Part shown: positions 9,086 to 18,168 of the stretch, piece after piece | How positions within the stretch are numbered: position 1 is the stretch's first letter | How the letters are laid out: each line of letters begins with the position of its first letter | Translations under genes and position numbers: made by a program | The notes under the pieces: model-generated | The model's database searches: none | Told to the model about the DNA's origin: nothing | The model's input: the letters and a program-made list of their open reading frames with translations, nothing else | DNA from: an uncultured Nitrososphaerota archaeon | Lineage (GTDB): Archaea > Korarchaeota > Korarchaeia > Korarchaeales > Korarchaeaceae | NCBI GenBank assembly: GCA_964594835.1 | Contig: CAZQNA010000002.1 | Location: 32,001 to 96,000, forward strand | DNA length: 64,000 nt | Direction of reading: 5' to 3'

Positions 9086-10732
9086 TCAGCCCTCCACCTT
9101 GTAGATCAGGTAGTACCTGAGCAGCATGACCGGGTCCAGGACTATGCCGTGTACGTTGTCCTTCGCGGCCAGGACCAGCTTGCCCTGGAATATCGGTATT
9201 ATTGGGGCGTCGTCGGCCAGGATCTGCTGGACCTGCTCGTAGAGCTGGGTCCTCTTGCTCTGGTCAAGCTCCGTCTGAGCCTGCTCAAGGAGGACGTCCA
9301 GGTCCGGGTTGCTGTAGGGCTCGCCCAGCCAGCGGTTGGAGCCGGTGTGCAGGAACGGGTAGAGGAAGTTGTCGGGGTCTATGTAGTCGGGGTACCAGCC
9401 GTAGAGGGTCACGGGCAGCTGGCCTTGCCTGGTGAGGTCGAGGTAGGTCGACCACTCGGCGCTGTGGACGTTCACCTGGATCATGCCGGTCTCTTCCCAG
9501 GCGGCCTTGATCAGGGCGGCCACGTCGGCCTCCGTGTCACCGTAGTGGGTGGTCGTGTACCAGAGGTCGACCACCAGCTTGTTCTCCTCGGAGTAGCCGG
9601 CCTGCTGGAGCAGCTGCCTGGCCAGGTCTATGTTGTGATCACCGTACTTGTCCTTGAAGGCGTCTATGTGGCCCCACATGCCGTTGGGCACGAGGCTGTA
9701 CAGGGGCTCCGTGGTCCCCATGAAGACGGTGTCGCAGATCGCCTGCCTGTTCAGGGCGGCCGCGAGGGCCTGCCTGACCAGCTTGTTGTCGAAGGGCGGG
9801 ATGTTGGTGTTGATGACTATGTACCTGATGAAGGAGCCTGGGTTCTCGTAGATCTTGATGCCGGGCTTGCCCCTGAGGTCCTGTATGTCCGTCGGGTTCA
9901 GGGTCCTCCAGGCGACGTCTATCTCCCCTGCCTCCAGCGCCATCCTGAGGGAGGTCGCGTCCTTGTAGAACCTGATGATCACCCTCTTGGTCTTCGGCTG
10001 ATCCCCGTAGTAGTACGGGTTCGCCTCAAGGATCAGCTCCTGGTCCCTCGTCCACTTCACGATCTTGTAGGGCCCGACGCTGCCGGCGGTGTTGTCGGAG
10101 GACACCTCGTCGGCCGGGTACTTGTCGGGCGGGATCGGGAAGTAGGTCGGCACGGCCAGGACGGCCGGGAAGAAGGCGATGGGCTGCTGGAGCACGATCT
10201 TGAGCGTGTAATCGTCCACAACCTCGGTGTAGTTGACGAAGTCGAGCACGAACCAGGCGGGATCGCCCTCGATCCTGGCCACCCTGTCTATGGACCACTT
10301 CAGGGTCTGGGCGGTGCAGGGCGTCCCGTCGGCGAACTTCAGGTTCTGCCTGAGGTGGAGGATGTAGACCTTCCCGCCCTCCTGCACCTCGTAGCTCTCT
10401 ATTATCCCCTCAGTGAGCTCGGTCGTCCCGGGCTTGTACTTGAACGGACCCTCCCCTATGTTGTTGAAGACCTCCCAGGTGTAGAAGTCGTACGCCATGG
10501 CCGGGTCCAGGTCGCTCACCTTGTCGGTCACTCCGATGATTATGGTGTCAGCGTACTTGGGCGCGGGAGGGGCTGTGGTCGTGGGAGCGGGCGCCGCCGT
10601 CGTGGTCGGGGGAGCCGTGGTGGTTGGAGGCGGCCCCGGCCTCTTGGCGAGGTAGGCGCCCACCACGATCAGCAGCACTATCACGATGAGGGCGCCCAAG
10701 ACCCCCTTAGATATTCCGGGCCTCTTTTTCAT
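9086..10732 (-). CDS. Peptide ABC substrate-binding protein (family 5), N-terminally anchored
   Basis: N-terminal TM helix, Pro/Thr linker, LDPA..YD, GPYKI and W.PDY.DPDNFL motifs. Confidence 0.92.
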   Translation of the reverse strand: MKKRPGISKGVLGALIVIVLLIVVGAYLAKRPGPPPTTTAPPTTTAAPAPTTTAPPAPKYADTIIIGVTDKVSDLDPAMAYDFYTWEVFNNIGEGPFKYKPGTTELTEGIIESYEVQEGGKVYILHLRQNLKFADGTPCTAQTLKWSIDRVARIEGDPAWFVLDFVNYTEVVDDYTLKIVLQQPIAFFPAVLAVPTYFPIPPDKYPADEVSSDNTAGSVGPYKIVKWTRDQELILEANPYYYGDQPKTKRVIIRFYKDATSLRMALEAGEIDVAWRTLNPTDIQDLRGKPGIKIYENPGSFIRYIVINTNIPPFDNKLVRQALAAALNRQAICDTVFMGTTEPLYSLVPNGMWGHIDAFKDKYGDHNIDLARQLLQQAGYSEENKLVVDLWYTTTHYGDTEADVAALIKAAWEETGMIQVNVHSAEWSTYLDLTRQGQLPVTLYGWYPDYIDPDNFLYPFLHTGSNRWLGEPYSNPDLDVLLEQAQTELDQSKRTQLYEQVQQILADDAPIIPIFQGKLVLAAKDNVHGIVLDPVMLLRYYLIYKVEG

Positions 10733-10812
10733 CCTGTGCACCTCCGATGAGGCTGATGGACCCCTGCGCGCTCAATTCTAAAATCTTACCTCAAACGGGC
10801 ATCGTCGGGCGG

Positions 10813-10833
10813 TTTGTTAATTTTCTTTACAAA
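10813..10833. promoter_or_regulatory. Imperfect palindrome, candidate operator in the AT-rich promoter of the peptide ABC operon
   Basis: TTTGTTAA-TTTTC-TTTACAAA (one mismatch) in an otherwise GC-rich background. Confidence 0.4.
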
Positions 10834-11016
10834 ATCGTCGGCCAACACCTCGGCCGACCCGACCTGCCCCGACCCCTGGGCCGCGGGGGGAGACGCGTTC
10901 GCCCGCCGAGCCCCTCGGCCTGGCCGTCCCCGCCCACCCGGGGGCTCCAGCCAGGTCGAGCCGCGCCGGGTGAACGAAATTAAGGTGGGTCCAGAGGGCC
11001 CACGGGAGGTGTACCG

Positions 11017-11724
11017 ATGAGGCGGTGGAAGGGGCTGTTCATCGCCTTCGAGGGAATCGACGGGGCCGGGCTCACCACCCACTCCAGGATGGTCGAGAGG
11101 TGGCTGATCGAGGAGAGGGGCATGGAGAAGGTGCTCCTGACCAAGGAGCCCACGGACTCGATGATAGGGTTCATCCTCAGGGGGATCATGAGCAGGCAGG
11201 TCAGCATAACCCCCTACCCACACGTGATGGCCCTCCTGTTCGCCGCGGACAGGCTGTACCACCTCTACGAGGACCCGTACGGGCCCGGGCCGAGGCACAG
11301 GGGGATACTCTCGGCCCTGAAGGAGGGCTACGTCGTGATCTCGGACAGGTACGTGGTGTCTTCCATGGCCTACCAGGGGGGGAGGGACGTGGGCGCCCTG
11401 TCCCTAAGCGTGGACCTGGACTGGGTCAGGGAGGTGAACAGGTACGCCCCCCTCCCCGACGTGGTGGTCTACCTGGACGTCCCGCCGGAGGTCTCCACCA
11501 CCCGGATAAGGAGGTCCAGGTGGACCTGGCAGATATACGAGAACCGGGCCGACCTGATGGACACGCACCGAAACTTCAGGGCGCTCCTGGACTCCCTCAG
11601 GGGCGAGGGGGTCACGGTCGTCGAGGTCAGGGAGGTGGAGGACGGCAGGGAGAGGCCGGTCGAGGAGGTCCAGGCCGAGATAAGGTCTCGGCTGGCGGAG
11701 ATCCTCGACGAGCTCGGCATGTGA
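11017..11724 (+). CDS. tmk: Thymidylate kinase
   Basis: FIAFEGIDGAG, KEPT, LLFAADR and SDRY..SS.AYQ motifs. Confidence 0.92.
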   Translation: MRRWKGLFIAFEGIDGAGLTTHSRMVERWLIEERGMEKVLLTKEPTDSMIGFILRGIMSRQVSITPYPHVMALLFAADRLYHLYEDPYGPGPRHRGILSALKEGYVVISDRYVVSSMAYQGGRDVGALSLSVDLDWVREVNRYAPLPDVVVYLDVPPEVSTTRIRRSRWTWQIYENRADLMDTHRNFRALLDSLRGEGVTVVEVREVEDGRERPVEEVQAEIRSRLAEILDELGM

Positions 11725-11749
11725 GGCCGGTCGAGGGAGGTCGAGGGGC

Positions 11750-12880
11750 ACGAGGAGGTTCGACGTTGTGGTGGTGGGGGCGGGTCCGGCCGGGAGCGCC
11801 TCCGCGGCCCTGCTAGCCCAGGCGGGCCTCAAGGTCCTCCTGCTCGAGATGAGGAGGGTCCCCAGGCCGAAGCCCTGCGGCGGGGGGCTCACCCTGAAGA
11901 CCGTCAGGCTCCTGGAGGATCTCGGCCTGGGTCGGTCCGAGCTCCCCATCCAGAGGATCGTCGACAGGGTGCTCGTGAGGGGGTGGGGGAGGTCGGTCGA
12001 GGTCGGCCACAACCCCTGGGTGATAGCCACGGTTGACAGGGCCGAGTTCGACTCCGCCCTAGTCGAGTGGGCCCGATCGGCCGGCGCCGAGTTCCTCGAC
12101 GGGACCCCGGCCACCGGCCTTTCCCCCCGCGGGAGCCGTGCAGTCGTGAGGACTCGGAACGGGGACTACGAGGCGGACTGGGTCGTTGGGGCCGACGGCG
12201 TCGCCGGAGGGGTCGGGAGGTGGGTCGGGCTCAGGAACGGCTACCCCCGGGAGGAGCTCATCTCAGCCGTAGAGACTAGGCCCAGCGGGGAGTATGACGT
12301 GGCCCTCTTCCAGATGGACGCGGTGCCGAGGGGGGGATACGGGTGGGCCTTCCCCCTCTCCGGAAGGGTCAACGTGGGCGTCGGCGGGATGCTCCCCCTG
12401 ATGGAGGACATGAGGTCCCACCTAGAGAGGCACGTAAGGGCGCTGGGCCTGAGGATCGACTCCCCCGTGGAGCACGGCGTGATACCCATCGGCAGGTGCA
12501 GGAGGCTCCACGCGGGGAACGTCCTGCTCGTCGGGGACGCGGCCGGGCTGGCCGACCCCCTCACGGGAGAGGGGATATACCAGGCCCTTGTGAGCGCCAG
12601 GGCCGCCTCCCAGGCGATTCTCAGGGGAGATCCAGCCCACTACGAGGATCTGCTCCGGCCGCTGATGCGGGACCTCGAGCTCAGGGGGAGGGCCGCGAGG
12701 GTCGTCCTGCCGAGGATGAGGACGTTCTACGACTACATGGCGTCGGACCCGGAGATCGCCAGGAGGTACACGCTCGCCAACTTGGGCGAGCTGGAGTTCC
12801 GAGAGTTCTGGAGGTGGGTCTGGACCAGGGTCCCGGTGGCCGTGGCCAAGAGGCTGGCCAGGAGACTGGGCAGGGGCTGA
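11750..12880 (+). CDS. Geranylgeranyl reductase-family FAD oxidoreductase
   Basis: FDVVVVGAGPAG, KPCGG, GYGWAFP and VGDAAG..DP.TGEGI. Start placed at ACG 11750 (see findings); first canonical start is GTG 11768. Confidence 0.88.
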   Translation, partial: TRRFDVVVVGAGPAGSASAALLAQAGLKVLLLEMRRVPRPKPCGGGLTLKTVRLLEDLGLGRSELPIQRIVDRVLVRGWGRSVEVGHNPWVIATVDRAEFDSALVEWARSAGAEFLDGTPATGLSPRGSRAVVRTRNGDYEADWVVGADGVAGGVGRWVGLRNGYPREELISAVETRPSGEYDVALFQMDAVPRGGYGWAFPLSGRVNVGVGGMLPLMEDMRSHLERHVRALGLRIDSPVEHGVIPIGRCRRLHAGNVLLVGDAAGLADPLTGEGIYQALVSARAASQAILRGDPAHYEDLLRPLMRDLELRGRAARVVLPRMRTFYDYMASDPEIARRYTLANLGELEFREFWRWVWTRVPVAVAKRLARRLGRG

Positions 12881-12895
12881 CCCTGGGGGTAGCGC

Positions 12896-13450
12896 TCAGG
12901 CCCTCACTCCCCCGCCGGAGGGCGGCAGGCAGACGGAGATAGAGGCTATGAGGCCCTTGGTCCTGCCGGCGGCCGTCGGGATGAAGACGGGGACGCTAGC
13001 GTCCACCGAGACCGACTCGAGCTCCACCGGCAGGCGGTCGGCCCACGGTAGGCCGGCCCTCCTGAGCGCATCCATGGCCTCTCCCGCGGCCACCTCCTCA
13101 ACCGACGCCCCCGCCGGCTCGACCTTGACCACCACCTCTCCGCCCCCCGAGCCCTCCGGGACCACCGCCTCCGGGGTCGAGTCTCCCCTCCGCTCGGCCA
13201 GCGAGGCGACGCGGCCGACCTCCCCGCTTGGGCACCTGACCTCCAGCACCGGTGAGTCCCCCTCGGAGCTCACCCGGACCTCCCACCCTGCGGCCCTGTA
13301 CTCGTCCGCCGCTGACTCGAGGAGGGGGAGGAGGTCGGGCAGTCTGACCTCCAGGATCAGCCTCCTGAGCCCGAGGTCGAGGGTCGCCGAGACGACCTTG
13401 GGGTCCTGGGAGAGCCTGTTCAGGACCTCCACCAGCTTAGTCGACCCCAT
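12896..13450 (-). CDS. Hypothetical protein, distant paralog of the upstream gene
   Basis: MGSTKLVEVLNRL.. Genome-typical codon usage; start overlaps the upstream stop (TTGATG). Confidence 0.7.
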   Translation of the reverse strand: MGSTKLVEVLNRLSQDPKVVSATLDLGLRRLILEVRLPDLLPLLESAADEYRAAGWEVRVSSEGDSPVLEVRCPSGEVGRVASLAERRGDSTPEAVVPEGSGGGEVVVKVEPAGASVEEVAAGEAMDALRRAGLPWADRLPVELESVSVDASVPVFIPTAAGRTKGLIASISVCLPPSGGGVRA

Positions 13451-14061
13451 CAAGCGAGCCCACCTCCCCGCTCGGCCTCTCCTGGACCCTCCCCATGCCC
13501 ATGCTCGTGTTCGTGCCCGTGCTCGTGCTCGTGAACGACGCCCGCCGGGCAGGATTCTGTGGCCAGAGAGGCGTAGAGCCTCAGCCCGCCTGGGACGACC
13601 TCGTAACCGATCAGGCTGTAGAACACCCCCTCCGGCCAGTTGAGCCTCTCGAGGAGTTCCTCCACGAGCTCCCTGGCGAGCCCCACGGCCGCCGCGCTCG
13701 CGGCCTGCCGGGGATAGATCACCACCTCCGCCACCCCCCTCCTCAGGGAGACGACGCCAACCACGTCGCCCCTCCGGTTGATCTCCTCGAGGAGACTGCC
13801 GAGCTCCTCCAGGTCCGTCCTCAGGATTATCCAGGCGTCCTCGCTGCCCTCGGTCCCCCTCCCCACTATCCGGCGCCCCAGGTACCCCGCCACGAGCTCC
13901 CTCAGCGTCGCGTCTGGGTCCTCCAGGGGGGACCACCTGACCTCGAACGCTACCAGGTACTCCCCGTCCCCCTCGTCCCTCACGAACCCCGAGGTCAGGT
14001 CGGGGGAGGACCCGACCAGCTCGCTGAGGGCCTCGGTCAACTCGGCAAGGCTCAGGCCCAA
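13450..14061 (-). CDS. Hypothetical protein with His-rich C-terminal tail
   Basis: TTG start after GGAGGT; ends ..SCPAGVVHEHEHGHEHEHGHGEG.. Confidence 0.75.
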   Translation of the reverse strand: MGLSLAELTEALSELVGSSPDLTSGFVRDEGDGEYLVAFEVRWSPLEDPDATLRELVAGYLGRRIVGRGTEGSEDAWIILRTDLEELGSLLEEINRRGDVVGVVSLRRGVAEVVIYPRQAASAAAVGLARELVEELLERLNWPEGVFYSLIGYEVVPGGLRLYASLATESCPAGVVHEHEHGHEHEHGHGEGPGEAERGGGLA

Positions 14062-14122
14062 GTGGTCGACCTCCGGCCGCCGGGGGAGGCCCCATTTTAA
14101 CGTCTCCCGGGCCGCCACCGGG

Positions 14123-14755
14123 ATGGGCCCCGGGAGGGCGGCCTGGCCTCCGGGCCTCGCGGCGGCCAGGGCTGAGGTCTACGCTGCGCTGTCGGCCCTG
14201 CTGGGGGGTGCGGGCCGTACCCAGGCGGGGGACGTCCCCTGGGCGGTGGAGTCCCTGGGGAGGTCCATCGCGGCCCTCGAGTCCATGGGGTACGAGACCT
14301 CTCCCCTCAGGGAGCTGATCACGAGGCTCGTCGTCGATCCCAGATCGTCCTCGACCCTTGTGGAGGAGAGGGAGTTCGTCTCCAGGGCGTGCGAGCCCAG
14401 GGAGTCCAGCCACGTGGGGTCCGGCGGGTACTCGGCCGAGGAGCTCCGGGAGCTGGCGAGGGCCGCGGGGGTTGAGAGCCTGGACCTCGACTCCCTTCCA
14501 GGCCAGCTCGGCCTCATGTACGTCCTGGCCTATCAGCAGGAGCTGGCGGACGCCGCCGGCGACGGTGAGAGGGTGTCAGCCCTGCTCAGGTGCCAGATCT
14601 CACTCCTGGAGAGGCACCTGCTCAGGTGGATTCCCAGGCTGGCCGAGTGCGTGGACAGGGAGCTGGGTGGAGGGATGTACCCCCTCGCCCTGTCCGCGCT
14701 CCTGCGGTTCCTGGAGGACGACAGGCGGTCTCTTATCGCCTCCCCAAGGCCGTGA
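14123..14755 (+). CDS. TorD/DmsD-family molecular chaperone (divergent)
   Basis: RAEVYAALS.LL, P.ES, and Q..LLERHLLRWIPRLA..Y..L..L..FLE.D patterns of redox-enzyme maturation proteins. Confidence 0.75.
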   Translation: MGPGRAAWPPGLAAARAEVYAALSALLGGAGRTQAGDVPWAVESLGRSIAALESMGYETSPLRELITRLVVDPRSSSTLVEEREFVSRACEPRESSHVGSGGYSAEELRELARAAGVESLDLDSLPGQLGLMYVLAYQQELADAAGDGERVSALLRCQISLLERHLLRWIPRLAECVDRELGGGMYPLALSALLRFLEDDRRSLIASPRP

Positions 14756-14774
14756 GGGGTCGACGGCGGCCAGG

Positions 14775-15893
14775 TCACCAGGACTCCAGCTTCACCTCCC
14801 AGCCGACCTGGGTCGGCTCCTCACCCTCGCCCGCTCTCCCTCCGAGGCTCAGACCCGCCAGGAAGACTAGGATTCCCAGGATCAGGAGGAGGGCGGACTC
14901 CGGCCCGCCGACCCCGCCAGTCGCCCCGCCAGAGGAGGAGGTCGGCGCCCCCTCCGTCACCGGCACCTCGGCGACCTTCCTGCCCCCGGCGTAGGCCTCG
15001 GCCGTCAGGCTCGGGGATTCGCTGTGGAACCTCACGGTCGCCCACTCCCCTGACTTCAGGGAGACGCCCCGGGCCTGGTCCTCACCCGGCCCCACTATCC
15101 TGACGACCGCGTACCCGACCTCGTCCGACGCCACCCTGACCTCCACGACGCCGCCCCACCTGGTGGCCTCCAGGCTGACCGCGTACTCTGGGGGGGACAC
15201 CACGAGGCCGGGGAACTCCACCGTGAGGACGTAGGCGTCGGGGGCCGAGGGCTCGTTGTAGTTGAGCCAGAGGAGGTACCCCTCCCCCCTCTCGGTGGGC
15301 CCGGCGGCAGACCCGGGCGTCCAGTCGACCCCGACCACCTCGACCCCCTCCTCCCAAGAGATCTTCAGGACGTCAATCCAGCTCCTCGGGTCCCTGGCGG
15401 TGAACGGATCCACTATCCTCAGCTCGAACCTCCCGCCGCCGAGGTCCCTCACGTACTCTGCCGTGGAGAGGTTCACCAGGACCCTCGTGACGACGGCCCC
15501 GCGGTACTCCACCATCTCCCCCTTGTTGAGCGGATCGGCCAGGACCACGTCGTCCTCCGACACCTCGGGGGGGCCCATCAGCTCGGTCTCTATGTGCTCT
15601 GGAGACGAGGCGAACATCAGGGCCGCATACACCCTGTTGATCTCGGCCTGCTGCAGGAGGTCCAGGATTATCTGCTGGTCCCCGAAGAGGCTGGTCCCGT
15701 TGAGGGCGAAGGGGTGCTCCCTCACTATTACCACGGCCGAGCCGTCCGCCCTGAGGTGCACCTCGAAGTTGAGCCCGATCCACACAGGCTGGGCCGAGGC
15801 CGGGGCCGCTCCCGGAGCCGCCAGGGCGAGGACCGCGACTGCGGCCAGGACCGCCGCGAGGACCGCCCTATCGCTCACTCGCAAGATCACCAC
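14775..15893 (-). CDS. Secreted/cell-surface protein with signal peptide and C-terminal TM anchor
   Basis: Ala-rich signal peptide, beta-rich body, Ser/Gly linker, hydrophobic C-terminal helix. Confidence 0.75.
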   Translation of the reverse strand: MVILRVSDRAVLAAVLAAVAVLALAAPGAAPASAQPVWIGLNFEVHLRADGSAVVIVREHPFALNGTSLFGDQQIILDLLQQAEINRVYAALMFASSPEHIETELMGPPEVSEDDVVLADPLNKGEMVEYRGAVVTRVLVNLSTAEYVRDLGGGRFELRIVDPFTARDPRSWIDVLKISWEEGVEVVGVDWTPGSAAGPTERGEGYLLWLNYNEPSAPDAYVLTVEFPGLVVSPPEYAVSLEATRWGGVVEVRVASDEVGYAVVRIVGPGEDQARGVSLKSGEWATVRFHSESPSLTAEAYAGGRKVAEVPVTEGAPTSSSGGATGGVGGPESALLLILGILVFLAGLSLGGRAGEGEEPTQVGWEVKLESW

Positions 15894-16933
15894 CCCTCCG
15901 AGATGGTCACCTCGAGGTAGAGCGGCTCGCTCCCGAAGCTGGTCCTGCAGAACGCTCCCAGGAAGTCAGACCCCATGAACTTCCTCGCCTCTATCCCGTA
16001 GGCGACGTGCCTCCACGAGTAGTCTCCCACCCTCGGAGCCCCGCCCTCGAGCATCTCCACGTCCACCCACCCGATGGGGTCGATGTAGGCCTGCGGCCAC
16101 ACGTGGCCGGTCCACTCCCTGTAGTCCCGCGAGGTGAAGTTGGCCCAGTAAGTTGCGGAGGGCCTGAGCCTCATCATCCCGTAGGACGTGCGGGAGGGGA
16201 CGCCGAGTATCCTGGCGAGGGTGACGAACACGTCCGCGACCTCTGTGCAGTCCCCGTAGACGTACGGCCCTGCTCTCCCAAGCTTGACGGCCCTGTCCGA
16301 CCCGAGCCTGTCGAACCTGACGTGGTAGTCCAGGTGGCCCGAGATCCACGAGGAGAGGGATCTCACGATGAGGTAGGGGTCGTCCTCCCCGCCCGCGATC
16401 TCCCCGGCCAGGTCCCTGAGGGTCTCGTTGGCGGTGTCCCAGAAGGTGGTCCTGCCCGTGTAGAGGTTGGTGACGTTCAGGGGGGGCCACCTCCTCTCTG
16501 AGGCGATCCAGTCCACCCTGTAGGGCCTCAGCCTGACCCTGACCGTGACGTTCACCCAGGACCTCTCCGAGGGGCCCAGCTCTACCTCTATCACGAGGAA
16601 GGGGTTCCCCTCGTCGTCCACCTGGATGGAGGTTCCAGGGGGAGCCTCGGACAGGTAGGCCTCCTGGTGGGAGGAGTTGATCGGGATGGCCATGTACACG
16701 TACCCCCTGACCCCCTCCTCCAGGGGGTTCTCGATCAGGGCGGCCTGCCTTATCGTGACCTCCAGGGGCTCCCTCTCGACCAACCTGTCCGCAGCGGGCT
16801 CGGGGCTGGTCGGGGGGCTCGGAGTGGTCTCTGACGGGGAGGGCCCCGGCCCCGCGGGTGGGGGGACCGCGGGGGCCGCGGCCACGGCCAGCGCCACGAG
16901 CGCCAGCCCCAACATCGCCAGCCTGACGTCCAA
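15887..16933 (-). CDS. Secreted transglutaminase-like domain protein
   Basis: Signal peptide, Pro/Ser/Thr linker, GDCTE..F..LAR..GVP.R, GHVW and GWVDVE. Confidence 0.85.
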   Translation of the reverse strand: MDVRLAMLGLALVALAVAAAPAVPPPAGPGPSPSETTPSPPTSPEPAADRLVEREPLEVTIRQAALIENPLEEGVRGYVYMAIPINSSHQEAYLSEAPPGTSIQVDDEGNPFLVIEVELGPSERSWVNVTVRVRLRPYRVDWIASERRWPPLNVTNLYTGRTTFWDTANETLRDLAGEIAGGEDDPYLIVRSLSSWISGHLDYHVRFDRLGSDRAVKLGRAGPYVYGDCTEVADVFVTLARILGVPSRTSYGMMRLRPSATYWANFTSRDYREWTGHVWPQAYIDPIGWVDVEMLEGGAPRVGDYSWRHVAYGIEARKFMGSDFLGAFCRTSFGSEPLYLEVTISEGW

Positions 16934-17031
16934 GTCCGATCTCGACGACCCCCGACCGAGCGGGCAATAAGTTTGATCCGTCCCCGGCCGGAGGGCGCAA
17001 CCGCCTTAACTGGGCGCGGGTCGGGGGCAGG

Positions 17032-17666
17032 ATGGACCCGCTGGAGCTCGCTAGACTTGTGGGGGTGTCTGCCGTCCAGATATTCGCCATCCTGAACCCC
17101 CGAGCGTGATACCCACCATGCTGGGCCTGACGGAGGGCCTCAGCATCTCCGAGAGGAGGGAGATCGTCAAGACGGCCTCCCTCACGATACTCGTGCTGAT
17201 GTCGGCCTTCGCCCTGGTGGGGAGGGAGCTCCTGGCCTTCATAGGGCTGAGCGTTCAGGGGCTCAAGTTGGGCGGCGGCGTGCTCCTGATGGTCCTGTCG
17301 GTGGACATGCTTAAGGGGGTGCCCAGGACCAGGGAGGTGGAGAAGGAGGAGCTGGCCGCGGTGCCGCTGGCTACACCACTGCTGGTCGGGCCCGGGACCA
17401 TAACGACGGTCCTGGTCCTGGCCGCCACGCTCCCGTCCGAGGTCGGCGGCAGGCTGGAGGGGACGGCCGTGCTGCTGGTCGCTATAGCGCTGGTGGTGGG
17501 GGCGACCCACCTCCTCCTGAAGCACTCCCTCCAGCTGGTCAGGCTGCTGGGCGTGAACGGGATGAGAGCCCTCGGCAGGTTCATGGCCATCATCATAGCC
17601 GGGGTGGCGGCGGAGATGATCCACTCGGCCGCGGCCGAGTGGGCCTCGGCGCTCCTCGGCAGGTAG
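17032..17666 (+). pseudogene. MarC-family membrane protein with a frameshift in a C5 run
   Basis: ATG 17032 gives MDPLEL..FAILNP then TGA at 17107. The rest of MarC (AAVPLATPLLVGPGTI) is in another frame; one extra C at 17097-17101 restores it. Confidence 0.75.
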
Positions 17667-17674
17667 CCGGAGGC

Positions 17675-18088
17675 TCACGCCTCCTCGATCCTCACCTCCC
17701 TTATCCCGCCTTCCGAGGGCTGAAAGGCCCTCATCTCGCCCGTGGTGGAGGAGACGATCACCCAGACCACCGGGTTGACCTCCATGAAGCGGAGGTCCTC
17801 CCTCGACGGCCTCGCGGGGGCAGGGTGGGCGTGCATCACGCCGACGAGCTCCTCCCCCAGGGAGTCGGCCTCCTCCAGCTCCCTGAGCAGGAAGGCGGGA
17901 TCCACGAGGAAGCTCGTGGGCGACTCCCTCAGGTTCCTGGCCACCACCCCCCGGGTCACCCTCGCCTCCCCTTCCTCGAACCTGCCGAAGAGCAGCGCCG
18001 CCCTCTCCACGGGCGCCCTGGTGAGCTTGGAGGCGAGGGCCCTCAGCAGGCCCCTCGGGATCACTATCCTGGAGACGACCGGCGGCAT
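17675..18088 (-). CDS. JAMM/MPN+ (M67) metalloprotease, desampylase-like
   Basis: E..ALLFG and HAHP....PS.ED JAMM motif. Confidence 0.9.
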   Translation of the reverse strand: MPPVVSRIVIPRGLLRALASKLTRAPVERAALLFGRFEEGEARVTRGVVARNLRESPTSFLVDPAFLLRELEEADSLGEELVGVMHAHPAPARPSREDLRFMEVNPVVWVIVSSTTGEMRAFQPSEGGIREVRIEEA

Positions 18089-18168
18089 CCTTCTGTGGCC
18101 GACGTCGGGCGACTAACGATTAAAGCTCAGGTCGCAGGATGAGTGGAGGAGCGCGTGGTGGTAGGCTG

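Noticed and set aside
8228-10750. 840-aa plus-strand ORF and many other long overlapping ORFs (e.g. 15966-17678, 32876-34192, 57809-59122)
   Set aside because: Antisense or alternate-frame shadows of well-supported genes; low-complexity R/G/P composition expected in high-GC DNA.
10836-10975. GC-rich intergenic stretch as possible SRP or RNase P RNA
   Set aside because: Too short, and the conserved SRP helix-8 and RNase P P4 motifs were not found.
13495-13535. Short tandem (GTGCTC-like) repeats as CRISPR or VNTR
   Set aside because: They encode the His-Glu tail of a CDS; there are no spacers.
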